From the NCBI GenBank assembly GCA_029858565.1, contig JAOUEV010000061.1:1-18510 (forward strand): 18,510 nt of DNA, written 5' to 3'. The stretch comes from Nitrospirota bacterium. Its GTDB lineage: Bacteria; Nitrospirota; UBA9217. Both the position numbers and the translations under genes were made by a program. Numbering within the stretch: the first letter of the stretch is position 1; each line of letters starts with the position of its first letter. The notes under the pieces were generated by a model. That model saw only the letters and a list, made by a program, of their open reading frames with translations, had not been told where the DNA came from and made no database searches. This document shows positions 7,692 through 16,743 of the stretch, in pieces.

Positions 7692-7843
7692 ATTTGCAGA
7701 GATGCTCGTATTTTTAAAACAGCGGCAAGCAATATAACCTCGCCATATCCGAGAAAGCGAGGTATCCAGGAGCGTTTGATTTAAAGAGAAAGCATACTTC
7801 GCGCGTGCTCGCGCTTGACGGAAAAAGAGGACTCTATAGAGAA

Positions 7844-8263
7844 CTATCGTATTATCAACTCATCCTGACGTATATCCTTTGAATATTCCTTCCCGCTTCC
7901 GTCGATAAACTCGACCGCTGCCTCTATCGAAGGCCTGTCATCGGAAAGACCGCTGATGATCATTTCCGGCAGCATCCCTGAGATCCCGAGCGCGAAGGTC
8001 GGATGCAGTGTATAACAATGTACCGCAGTTTCAGTCCTGTCGCAGGTCCACCGGTTCGGAACGCAGCCGGTATGGATGCGGCCCTGAGAGATCTTGAGTT
8101 TCATGCCGGAGATCCGGTCTCCCGGGCTGATCGAAAAGGCCGGGAACCGTACGGTCACGCTGCGGGCTTTTTCCGCGCCGGCATCGGTTACAACGCCGAA
8201 AAGGACCGCCAGCAGGCAACTATGAAGAAGCAGCTTTATGGCAAATCTCGGTCTCGCGTCCAT
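7844..8263 (-). CDS. Hypothetical exported protein, about 139 aa
   Basis: ATG8263 with an AGGAG SD; basic N-terminus, hydrophobic stretch and AGA-EK cleavage-like site; beta-rich mature part with three Cys; co-oriented with neighbours. Confidence 0.7.
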   Translation of the reverse strand: MDARPRFAIKLLLHSCLLAVLFGVVTDAGAEKARSVTVRFPAFSISPGDRISGMKLKISQGRIHTGCVPNRWTCDRTETAVHCYTLHPTFALGISGMLPEMIISGLSDDRPSIEAAVEFIDGSGKEYSKDIRQDELIIR

Positions 8264-8320
8264 ATCTGGTCTCCTGAACCTGTAGATATTACTGTCACAA
8301 CAGGAGGGCATCGGGCGGAA

Positions 8321-9859
8321 TCATACGATCAAACTCCTCCCGGTCATTTCTTTTGGCTGTTCGATCCCCATAAGCTGTAGTACTGTTGGCGCCACATCAG
8401 CAAGACAACCGCCTGCTCGAAGCTTCACATTCTCGCCGACAACAATGAACGGTACCGGATCAGTGGTATGCGCCGTATGGGGCTGGCCCGTCCTGACATC
8501 TTTCATTACTTCAAGATTGCCGTGGTCAGCTGTTATCAATACGCGGCTGCCGGTCTCCTGTGCCGCTTTCAGCAATTTCCCCAGGCATTCATCCAGCACT
8601 TCGACCGCTTTTATCGCCGCAGGCATGATGCCTGTATGGCCGACCATGTCGGGATTGGCGTAGTTCATCATGATAAAGCCGTACTGGCGGGACAGGATGC
8701 GTTTCACAACCTCTTCCGTGACCTCGCGGGCGCTCATCTCCGGCTTGAGGTCATACGTAGCTACATCTCTCGGTGACGGGATAAGTACGCGGTCTTCCAG
8801 CGGGAAAGGCGTTTCTTCTCCGCCGTTGAAGAAGAACGTGACATGGGCATACTTTTCCGTCTCTGCTATGCGCAGCTGGCGAATCCCCTTTTCGCTCACC
8901 ACCTGGCCAAGGATATGGGTCAACCGCACCGGCGGATAAGCAACGGGAAGATTAAAGGTCTCGTCATAGGTCGTAAGACAAACGAACATCCCCGGCTTCG
9001 GGACCCTCATTCTTTGAAAGCCGTCAAATGACGGGTCCGTGAGCGTCCTGGTGATCTCCCGCGCCCGGTCCGAACGGAAGTTGCAGAAGATGACCGCGTC
9101 ACTGTCCTGGATGGTCCCATTCGAGGCTGTGACGCCGGAACCATTGATCACCGAAGGCAGCACGAACTCGTCGGTCTTCTTGTGCTCGTAGCTCGCAAGA
9201 ACAGCATCAATCGCTGTCATCTTCCGAATCCCTTCGCCCTGCACGAGCGCTTCATAGGCCTTTTGTACCCGTTCCCACCGCTTGTCCCGGTCCATTGCGT
9301 AGTATCTGCCCGAGACCGTTGCGATCCGTCCAACCCCGATCTTTTTCATGTGTTCTTCGAGCTGCTTGATGTAACCCAGCGCGCTTGAAGGAGGCGTATC
9401 CCTGCCGTCAAGAAAGGCGTGGAACAGTACCTTGACAATGCCCTGCGCTTTGGCCAGGTCAAGCATGGCGAAGATATGGTCCATATGGCTGTGCACACCG
9501 CCGTCAGACAGGAGGCCCATGAGATGGAGCGCGGAACCATTCTTCTTCACTGTATCCATTGCAGTCAGCAACACGGGATTCGTGAAAAAATCGCCGTCGC
9601 GAATGGACTTGGAGATACGGGTAATGTCCTGGTACACGATCCTGCCGGCACCGAGGTTCAAATGTCCCACTTCGGAGTTGCCCATCTGGCCGTCAGGAAG
9701 ACCAACCTGTTCGCCGGATGCCTGGAGCTCCGTATGGGGATTGTTCTGAAGCATGCTCGTGAACACCGGAGCCTTAGCCGAGGCGACTGCATTCCCTTCT
9801 TTGTTCATATTGATGCCCCATCCGTCCAGGACAACGAGTATCACCGGTTTGTCAGCCAT
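8321..9859 (-). CDS. gpmI: 2,3-bisphosphoglycerate-independent phosphoglycerate mutase
   Basis: [57 protein letters not shown] and TADHGN; AAGGAG SD. Confidence 0.98.
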   Translation of the reverse strand: MADKPVILVVLDGWGINMNKEGNAVASAKAPVFTSMLQNNPHTELQASGEQVGLPDGQMGNSEVGHLNLGAGRIVYQDITRISKSIRDGDFFTNPVLLTAMDTVKKNGSALHLMGLLSDGGVHSHMDHIFAMLDLAKAQGIVKVLFHAFLDGRDTPPSSALGYIKQLEEHMKKIGVGRIATVSGRYYAMDRDKRWERVQKAYEALVQGEGIRKMTAIDAVLASYEHKKTDEFVLPSVINGSGVTASNGTIQDSDAVIFCNFRSDRAREITRTLTDPSFDGFQRMRVPKPGMFVCLTTYDETFNLPVAYPPVRLTHILGQVVSEKGIRQLRIAETEKYAHVTFFFNGGEETPFPLEDRVLIPSPRDVATYDLKPEMSAREVTEEVVKRILSRQYGFIMMNYANPDMVGHTGIMPAAIKAVEVLDECLGKLLKAAQETGSRVLITADHGNLEVMKDVRTGQPHTAHTTDPVPFIVVGENVKLRAGGCLADVAPTVLQLMGIEQPKEMTGRSLIV

Positions 9860-9881
9860 GCATTCTCCTTCTTACATAATA

Positions 9882-9940
9882 AAAGCCAGCGTCTTTTGGG
9901 TCAGGTCGTTAAATGATCCTGATTCCTGACATCTGGCTTT
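9882..9940. repeat. Imperfect inverted repeat with heptamer units upstream of gpmI
   Basis: AAAGCCAG (9882-9889) pairs with CTGGCTTT (9933-9940) and GTCAGG (9900-9905) with CCTGAC (9925-9930). The right arm reads TCCTGAT TCCTGAC ATCTGGC. Confidence 0.55.
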
Positions 9941-10116
9941 CTATTTTCCTGCACTGCATTCAAGGTTTCAATGACTTGATCCAGACTACTGACCGTCATG
10001 GCACAAGGTCAGGAGGAAGTTCAACATAATACGATGTCCTTTTACAAAGTTTCACCGGCGTCCTTCGCGGTATCGCGGTAAACAAACGAATTGAACAGCT
10101 TTTGTCACGCTGGAAG

Positions 10117-11424
10117 CTAGCAGCTCTTCTCGAGATTCACGCCAAAGGTGTTCCATTTTCCGCAATTAGGGCAACGACCCGCCCAATCGTTCGTTTTATG
10201 CTCGCAATTTCCACAGGTATAGGGAACGATGATCTGCTTTCTGAACCCGAGCGCTTTCTTGAACTCTGCTGACGCAAGCCCCAGCGAACCGCGGCGAAGG
10301 TAGATATTGCCGAGGAGTTTATGCACATCGGAAACATCGCGGTCTCCCCAGTCTACGGTCGAAAGGATGTCGAAGGCCTCGTCAACCATCTCCAGTCGGT
10401 AGTAGAGCTTTCCCAGGAAGAACTTCACCGTGGTATCCTGGGGTTTCCAGGTCAGTGCCTGTTTATAGATCTCGATGGCTTTTCCCGGTTCTCCCTGTTT
10501 GAGATACAGGTCCTCAAGCCGCAGCAGCAGCAGGATCGACGACGTCATTTTGTAAGCCTTTTCCCAGAGCTCGGCCGCCTCCGTGGTCTTTCCTTCCTCA
10601 TGGTAGACCTCACCGAGACCGAGATAGGCGGGGATGAAATCGCGGTCCATTTTGATGACCGTGCGGAACACTTTTCGCGCCTTGTCAAGCTCGCCGGACT
10701 CCAGGAGGGATCTTCCCAACTCATACCTGAATCCCGCAAGTTTCCGGTGCTCCAGCTCCTGCTCGGACGCGGTGAGCGGAGCCGCCAGAAGCCGTGTCTG
10801 CGCCTCGGTGAGTTCCGCCCAATTTCCAAGCCGGTGATATTGGTCGCGCAATCTCATGAGCGCCGTTATGTTCGTTGGATCGCGCTCCAGGATCGTCTGA
10901 TACATCTTTATGGCATCTTCGGGTTTTTTCGCTTCCTCATAGTCAGCGGCAAGCGAGAACATCACTTCCTGGTTGTCCTGGTCCAGGTTCCACGCCTTCA
11001 AATGCAGCCGGATCGCTTCCTGTGCGTCCTTCTGACGAAGCTGGGTAATGCCCATTCGCAGCAGTGTGTCCACATGGTTGGGATCGATGTTCAAGATGCG
11101 TTGGAAGAATGCTATTGCCTCGGGATTGCGTTTCGCAAGAAGGGCATTGAGCCCCCGCGCGTAGAGCTCCTGGATCTTGCTGCGTTTCTTCTGTTCCCGC
11201 TGGACCTTCAGGCCCCGGAGGAAACGTCGAATATCACGCATGAGATAGACAAGAAATACCAGGCCTGCGCCCGTGGCGATCGAGATGAGGAAGAACGAGG
11301 ATTTGGAGATTTCGTGAGTGCGTGACGGCGTAAGGTTGATCGTGATCAGTCCCTGGTTGATCTCGATGATCCAGGCAACTGCGAACAATGTTACGATCAA
11401 CAATACCGTGGCGATATATCGCAT
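10117..11424 (-). CDS. LapB(YciM)-like TPR protein with an N-terminal LapA-like membrane domain and a C-terminal rubredoxin-type metal site
   Basis: Two N-terminal hydrophobic helices with an N...ITINL loop (LapA-like), YARGLNALL start of TPR repeats, and C-terminal YTCGNC...RCPNCGKWNT. Confidence 0.85.
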   Translation of the reverse strand: MRYIATVLLIVTLFAVAWIIEINQGLITINLTPSRTHEISKSSFFLISIATGAGLVFLVYLMRDIRRFLRGLKVQREQKKRSKIQELYARGLNALLAKRNPEAIAFFQRILNIDPNHVDTLLRMGITQLRQKDAQEAIRLHLKAWNLDQDNQEVMFSLAADYEEAKKPEDAIKMYQTILERDPTNITALMRLRDQYHRLGNWAELTEAQTRLLAAPLTASEQELEHRKLAGFRYELGRSLLESGELDKARKVFRTVIKMDRDFIPAYLGLGEVYHEEGKTTEAAELWEKAYKMTSSILLLLRLEDLYLKQGEPGKAIEIYKQALTWKPQDTTVKFFLGKLYYRLEMVDEAFDILSTVDWGDRDVSDVHKLLGNIYLRRGSLGLASAEFKKALGFRKQIIVPYTCGNCEHKTNDWAGRCPNCGKWNTFGVNLEKSC

Positions 11425-11595
11425 CCTCTATCCTTTCTTTTTCAGGCCTTCGGGAACAATGTCTTTTGAAAACATCATCCGGATAACGTCGAACAAGTTC
11501 GGACCATACCCCTCAAATCCTGCTATCCGGTCAAATACTCATTGGATCTATACCAATAATTGGCAGAGATGCTACTTCATGATACCAGTTGTCTA

Positions 11596-12066
11596 TCAGT
11601 AATGATACGGTCTGCCTTTGATGATCGTGTAAGCACGGTAAAGCTGTTCCAGCAGCACCAACCGTGCCATTTCATGGGTAAAGGTCCACCGCGAAAGCGC
11701 GATCACGGTGCGAGCGTTCCTGGTAACCGACTCATCGAGCCCCATTGCGCCGCCGATCACAAAGACCATCTCCCTTGTGCCTGATTCCATGACCTTGTTC
11801 AGGAACTCGGCGAACTCATGGGATGTGAATTCCCGACCTCGTTCGTCAAGAGCGACTACATGGGCCGCGGCAGGAAGCGCCTTTGCTATCTTTTCCGCTT
11901 CCCGCTGCCGTACCCGCGGAGCGTCCTTCAGGTCCTGGATCTTTTCCTCGCGAAGTTCCAGGAACTCTGCGTCTGCGTATGGTTTCAGATACCTCAGGTA
12001 TTTGTCGATGCCGTCCTTGATGAACTGTTCGTGGGTCTTGCCCATGCACAGGACCCGAACCTTCAC
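11596..12066 (-). CDS. rlmH: 23S rRNA (pseudouridine1915-N3)-methyltransferase
   Basis: LDERG..FTS.EFA, FVIGGA.G, TFTHEMARLVLLEQLYRA and PYH; GTG start overlaps the rsfS stop. Confidence 0.97.
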   Translation of the reverse strand: MKVRVLCMGKTHEQFIKDGIDKYLRYLKPYADAEFLELREEKIQDLKDAPRVRQREAEKIAKALPAAAHVVALDERGREFTSHEFAEFLNKVMESGTREMVFVIGGAMGLDESVTRNARTVIALSRWTFTHEMARLVLLEQLYRAYTIIKGRPYHY

Positions 12067-12446
12067 GAGGACGCTACCTTGCCGGAAGCTTCCTGCCGAA
12101 CTCGTTTTGCATCACCCCAGAGCCGCTCAAGTCCGTAGAAGGAACGGGTCTGTTCGTCAAAGATATGTACGATCACATCACCATAATCCATCAGCACCCA
12201 GGTCGATTCGGACCCGCCCTCGATATGGGACGGACGAATGCCCTGCTCAGCTAACGCGTGACCAATGCCGTCGGCGATCGCGCCTATCTGGGTGATATTC
12301 GTGGCCGAACAGATCATAAAATAATCCGCGATCGTGGAAAGGTCGTTGATATCCAGGATCGTCACATCCAGTGCTTTTTTGTTCTCAGCGGCTTCAGCCG
12401 CGATCCGAGCCGTTTCCAATGCGCTAACCATAGAATTTTTTTTCAA
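12063..12446 (-). CDS. rsfS: Ribosome silencing factor (iojap)
   Basis: KKALDV.ILD, IADYF.ICS, WVLMDYGDVIVHIF and R.FYGLERLW; nadD-rsfS-rlmH synteny. The start could be ATG12431. Confidence 0.96.
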   Translation of the reverse strand: MKKNSMVSALETARIAAEAAENKKALDVTILDINDLSTIADYFMICSATNITQIGAIADGIGHALAEQGIRPSHIEGGSESTWVLMDYGDVIVHIFDEQTRSFYGLERLWGDAKRVRQEASGKVASS

Positions 12447-13080
12447 TTATATAGCCTTCCACCGCTTCGGGCAAGAGGTATTTGATGCTTTTACCCGATT
12501 TCACACGGTTCCGTATGTCGGTTGACGATATCTCATAGAACGGAATACGTTCAAGGATGATCCGGATGTTCCCGTTCGTTATTGCAAGCTGCTCGTGCCT
12601 GCGCTCGTCCAGTGCCTCCAGGTCTTGCCCCTTGACCTGGATAAAGTCCAGCTTCGCCAGGTCCTGAAACCTGCAGGACTCCCGCGAAAGGACCACGAAT
12701 GTGCAGCTCCTCAGGAGCTTTTGCCATTCCCTCCAGGTCCTGATGTCCAGGAACGAATCGAGCCCGGTGATGAAATGGAGGTCCTTGTCCGGATAGAGCC
12801 GGTGAAGCTCATCTATCGTGTCAACGGTATAGGAGATCCCGCCGCGTTTGATCTCTATGTCCGAAACCTGAAAACGAGCATTGTTGTGTATGGCTCGGCG
12901 TACCATTTCCAGACGGTCGGCCGCCGAAGGCATGTTTTCCTGTTTGTGCGGAGGGAGCAGGGCGGGAACGAACAACACCTGTTCGAGGTTCAACCGGTCG
13001 CACACGTCCTCAGCGGCAGCAAGATGGCCAAAATGAATGGGATTGAACGTCCCGCCGAGTATACCGATGCGTTGTGACAA
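12424..13080 (-). CDS. nadD: Nicotinate-nucleotide adenylyltransferase
   Basis: GGTFNPIHFGH, PPHK, SYTVDT and ISSTDIR; TTG start with an AGGAG SD. Confidence 0.97.
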   Translation of the reverse strand: MSQRIGILGGTFNPIHFGHLAAAEDVCDRLNLEQVLFVPALLPPHKQENMPSAADRLEMVRRAIHNNARFQVSDIEIKRGGISYTVDTIDELHRLYPDKDLHFITGLDSFLDIRTWREWQKLLRSCTFVVLSRESCRFQDLAKLDFIQVKGQDLEALDERRHEQLAITNGNIRIILERIPFYEISSTDIRNRVKSGKSIKYLLPEAVEGYIIEKKFYG

Positions 13081-13104
13081 TCAAGCTCCTAACCGTATTT
13101 AGGA

Positions 13105-14361
13105 TTACTTTCTGATCTGCCCGGTGCCGAAAACAATGAACTTCGTTGACGTGAGCTCCTCCAGACCCATGGGCCCGCGGGCATGGATACGGGTCGTGGA
13201 GATCCCGATCTCGGCTCCCAGGCCGAACTCGAATCCGTCGTTCAGGCGCGTCGAAGCATTGATGAACACCGCGGAAGCGTCCACTTCACGCAGGAACCGC
13301 ATGGCCTTGCCGTAGTCGGTCGTGACAATGGCCTCGGAATGCTGGGACCCATGGGCTGCGATGTGCGCCATGGCATCTTCCATGCTGTCAACGACCTTGG
13401 CGTTCAAGATCAATTCGTTGTACTCCGTGTCCCAGTCCTTCTCGACCGCGGCTTTGGTGCCGGGAACCGTCTCAACGGTCCTGCCGCAACCCCTGATCTC
13501 GACCTTGGCATCCTGGAAGCGCTTCAGCATCTTCGGCAAAAACGTCTTTGCCACATCTTTGTGTACCAGCATGGCTTCCATGGCATTGCAGGTGCCCGGC
13601 CGCTGCACCTTGGCATTGAAACAGATCTCCTCTGCCATTGACAGATCGGCCTTGTCGTCCACATACACGTGACAGACACCTTTATCATGCTTGATCACCG
13701 GGATCGTCGAGTTCTCGGACACGAAATTGATGAGCCCTTCGCCCCCGCGCGGAATTATCAGGTCAACGAACTGTTTCGTCTTGAGTATTTCGAGAACGCA
13801 TGCCCGGTCGGGGTTCTCGATAAATGAAACAGCGCCATCGGGGATCCCTGCCTCTGCGCCGGCCTTGTTCAGCACGTCTGCGATCGCAGTATTGGAATAC
13901 ACGGCCTCGGACCCGCCGCGCAGCAGTACGGCATTTCCCGACTTAATGCAGAGTGCGGCAGAGTCAGCGGTAACGTTCGGGCGCGACTCGTAAATGATCC
14001 CGATCAATCCGATCGGCACCCGCATCTTGCCGACCTGCATCCCGTTCGGCCTGCGCCACATCCGGAGCACTTCTCCCACGGGGTCCGGCAATACGGCCAC
14101 CTCACGAAGCCCGTCAGCCATGGCCTTGATCCGGTCGGGATTCAAGGTCAGGCGGTCTATCATCGCCTTTGACAGGCCTTTCTTTTCCGCATCGACCAGG
14201 TCCTTTTTGTTCTCGGCTATCAGGCGGCTGGCTTCCTTCTCCAGCCCCGCGGCCATTTTGATAAGCGCGTTGTTCTTGACCTCGGCCGTCAAGTTCGCCA
14301 GCGCACGGGAAGCAGCCTTGGCCTTCCTGGCTTTTTCAACCACATATTGCTTGATGTCCAT
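13105..14361 (-). CDS. proA: Gamma-glutamyl phosphate reductase
   Basis: IIYESRPNVT, IIPRGG, CNAME, NASTR..DG.EFGLGAEIGIST..IHARGPMGL. ATG14361 follows a GGGGG tract; ATG14376 is an alternative. Confidence 0.98.
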   Translation of the reverse strand: MDIKQYVVEKARKAKAASRALANLTAEVKNNALIKMAAGLEKEASRLIAENKKDLVDAEKKGLSKAMIDRLTLNPDRIKAMADGLREVAVLPDPVGEVLRMWRRPNGMQVGKMRVPIGLIGIIYESRPNVTADSAALCIKSGNAVLLRGGSEAVYSNTAIADVLNKAGAEAGIPDGAVSFIENPDRACVLEILKTKQFVDLIIPRGGEGLINFVSENSTIPVIKHDKGVCHVYVDDKADLSMAEEICFNAKVQRPGTCNAMEAMLVHKDVAKTFLPKMLKRFQDAKVEIRGCGRTVETVPGTKAAVEKDWDTEYNELILNAKVVDSMEDAMAHIAAHGSQHSEAIVTTDYGKAMRFLREVDASAVFINASTRLNDGFEFGLGAEIGISTTRIHARGPMGLEELTSTKFIVFGTGQIRK

Positions 14362-14389
14362 CACAACCCCCGACATTATAATTATATTT

Positions 14390-14420
14390 ACTCCGCACTC
14401 CGCACTTCGAACTCCACACT
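14390..14420. repeat. Heptamer tandem repeat in the proB-proA spacer
   Basis: ACTCCGC ACTCCGC ACTTCGA ACTCCAC ACT, directly after the proB stop. Confidence 0.8.
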
Positions 14421-15554
14421 TCAGAGAATCACAAGGTCGTCCCTATGGATGACCTCATCATAGTCCTTGTGCCCAAGGACCCCTTCGATCTGCGATGTCT
14501 TGAGTCCTTTGATCTTCTCGAGATCATCTGAGGAATATTTCGACAGGCCTCGTGCGAAGATATTCCCGGATCTGTCGGCGCAATGCACACAGTCGCCCGC
14601 CTTGAAAGTCCCCTCTATCCGTACAATACCACCGGGGAGCAGGCTTTTCCCCTTGTTCTCGAGCGCATCCCGGCCGCCGTCATCAACAATAACTCCACCG
14701 TTGGTGCAGGCGGTGTAAGCAATCCAGTGCTGACGGCTCCGATTCCTGACCGCCTTGGGCAGGAAGAACGTGCCAACCTCCACTCCTTCGAACACAGACC
14801 TCAGCATTCCCTGTTTTTTTCCATTCACGATCAGCATGGGAACGCCATAAGCACCTACTTTCTTCGCAGCCATGAGCTTCGACCGCATGCCGCCCGTCCC
14901 GACCAGGCTTTGGGCATCTCCAGCTCCCCGCTCCACCTCTGCGGTCAGCTTCTCAACAAGCGGAATGAACTGTGCGTGAGAATCTATGCGGGGATCGCTG
15001 GTGTAGAGTCCATCGATGTCTGACAGTATCACCAGGAGGTCCGCGTCAGCAAGATGGACCACCATGCCGGAGAGATTATCATTGTCCCCGAACTTGATCT
15101 CGGCAACAGCAACCGTGTCGTTCTCGTTAATGATCGGAATAACATCGTGTTCAAGCAGCGTGTGGAGCGTTGATCGGGCGTTCAGGAACCGTGTGCGGTT
15201 CGACAGGTCCTCGCGGGTCAGGAGTATCTGGGCGACCTTTTTATCATGGGTTGCAAAGGTCTTCTCATACATCCACATGAGACGGGACTGGCCAACTGCC
15301 GCAGCTGCCTGCTTGAGCGGCAGGGGCATTCCCTTGGTCTTCTTGAGCCCGAGTTTGGCCAGACCGGCGGCAATGGCGCCGGAGGACACGATGATCACTT
15401 CGCGTTTCTGGTCCATGATCGCCGATATCTCGGCTGCAAGCTGCTCGATCCGTTTCTGATCAAGCCCCTCGCCCGCACCGGTCAGGACGGCGCTGCCGAT
15501 CTTGATCACGATCCGTTTGGCCTTGGCAATGAGTTTTTTTCTGTCCTGGGACAT
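14421..15554 (-). CDS. proB: Glutamate 5-kinase with PUA domain
   Basis: IVIKIGSAVL, VSSGAIAAG, QAAAAVGQ, PIINENDTV..EIKFGDND and GTGGM.SK; PUA domain (KSLLPGG...IHRDDLV). Start is ATG15554 or GTG15572. Confidence 0.98.
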   Translation of the reverse strand: MSQDRKKLIAKAKRIVIKIGSAVLTGAGEGLDQKRIEQLAAEISAIMDQKREVIIVSSGAIAAGLAKLGLKKTKGMPLPLKQAAAAVGQSRLMWMYEKTFATHDKKVAQILLTREDLSNRTRFLNARSTLHTLLEHDVIPIINENDTVAVAEIKFGDNDNLSGMVVHLADADLLVILSDIDGLYTSDPRIDSHAQFIPLVEKLTAEVERGAGDAQSLVGTGGMRSKLMAAKKVGAYGVPMLIVNGKKQGMLRSVFEGVEVGTFFLPKAVRNRSRQHWIAYTACTNGGVIVDDGGRDALENKGKSLLPGGIVRIEGTFKAGDCVHCADRSGNIFARGLSKYSSDDLEKIKGLKTSQIEGVLGHKDYDEVIHRDDLVIL

Positions 15555-15590
15555 ACTTTTTTCGTGCGACACAAAGAAGTCGGAATCTTC

Positions 15591-15663
15591 TGACAGGATT
15601 ACAGGATGGGAATCTGATAACTGCGAAACGGTATGTTATCCAGTTGATCCTGTTATCCTGTCA
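15591..15663. repeat. Inverted-repeat (REP/MITE-like) element built of ACAGGAT units, overlapping the obgE 3' end
   Basis: TGACAGGATTACAGGAT (15591-15607) versus ATCCTGTTATCCTGTCA (15647-15663), 16/17 complementary; inner GATAAC/GTTATC pair. Confidence 0.8.
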
Positions 15664-16700
15664 AGGCCGGCGCCTTCCTTATGCATTTCCCGCTCTATCC
15701 TTTCTTCTTCAACTTTATCGGAAAGGAAGTTCAGCAGGTTATCAAGCCCTTTGCCGGTTATCGCGGACACCGGGAAGAACATATACCCTGCCTGCCTGCA
15801 GTGCTTTTCCAGTGATTCCAGATGTTCAGGGATAGCTGCATCTACCTTGGTTGCGGCAACGGCCATATACTTCTGTTTCAGTTCCGGGCTATAGAGTTCC
15901 AGCTCACGATTGATCTTGCTGAAGTTCTCCACAGGATCCCCGGGAACAAGTCCGGACACGTCAACCATGTGCAGCAGGATGGAGGTTCGTTCAACATGGC
16001 GCAGGAACTCGAAACCCAGCCCCGAGCCCTGATGGGCATTCTCGATCAGCCCGGGAATGTCCGCTACCACAAATCCCTTCCTGTTCTCCGGCTTGACCAC
16101 GCCGAGCACCGGCGTGAGCGTGGTGAAAGGATAGTCGGCGATCTTTGGCCGTGCGGCCGATATCCTCGATATCAACGTGGACTTGCCTGCGTTCGGGAAG
16201 CCAACGAGCCCGACGTCCGCCAACAGTTTCAATTCCAGGAAGAGGGTGAACTCCTCGCCTTCTTCGCCCGACTGGGCATGGCGCGGGGCCTGGTTCGTTG
16301 AGGTCTTGAAAAAAGCATTCCCTTTTCCGCCGCGGCCGCCCTTCGCAAGCACATACTCCATGCCGTCGGTATCAAGATCCACTATCGGCACGCGTGTCTC
16401 ATGGTCGCAGACAAGCGTCCCGACCGGAACCCGGATGATAATATCCTTGCCGTCTGCACCGGTCTGCTGCTTTCCCCTGCCCTGTTCCCCCTTTTCAGCC
16501 CAATAGTTCTGCTGATACTTGAGATCGATCAGCGTGCCCAGCTGCCGGTCGGCACGGATGATAACATCGCCCCCCTTGCCGCCATCTCCGCCGCTCGGTC
16601 CTCCCATGGGAACATAGGCTTCCCGTCTGAATGCCACGCATCCTGCGCCGCCATGACCGGACCTCACGTAAATCTTTACTCTGTCGATGAAATTAGACAT
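15636..16700 (-). CDS. obgE: GTPase Obg (CgtA)
   Basis: FIDRV.I..G.GG Gly-rich Obg fold, GFPNAGKS, YPFTT, DIPG, TKVD (G4) and VSA; no OCT domain. Confidence 0.98.
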   Translation of the reverse strand: MSNFIDRVKIYVRSGHGGAGCVAFRREAYVPMGGPSGGDGGKGGDVIIRADRQLGTLIDLKYQQNYWAEKGEQGRGKQQTGADGKDIIIRVPVGTLVCDHETRVPIVDLDTDGMEYVLAKGGRGGKGNAFFKTSTNQAPRHAQSGEEGEEFTLFLELKLLADVGLVGFPNAGKSTLISRISAARPKIADYPFTTLTPVLGVVKPENRKGFVVADIPGLIENAHQGSGLGFEFLRHVERTSILLHMVDVSGLVPGDPVENFSKINRELELYSPELKQKYMAVAATKVDAAIPEHLESLEKHCRQAGYMFFPVSAITGKGLDNLLNFLSDKVEEERIEREMHKEGAGLDRITGSTG

Positions 16701-16743
16701 CTTTTGAATCACTCATGCAAAAGCAAATCCTTAATGACCTATA

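Noticed and set aside
7685-7700. TCTGCA-TATT-TGCAGA hairpin over the comF start codon
   Set aside because: Only 6 bp and no supporting context; could be chance.
10321-11325. 334-aa plus-strand ORF
   Set aside because: Antisense shadow of the lapB-like gene, expected from codon bias in a GC-rich genome.
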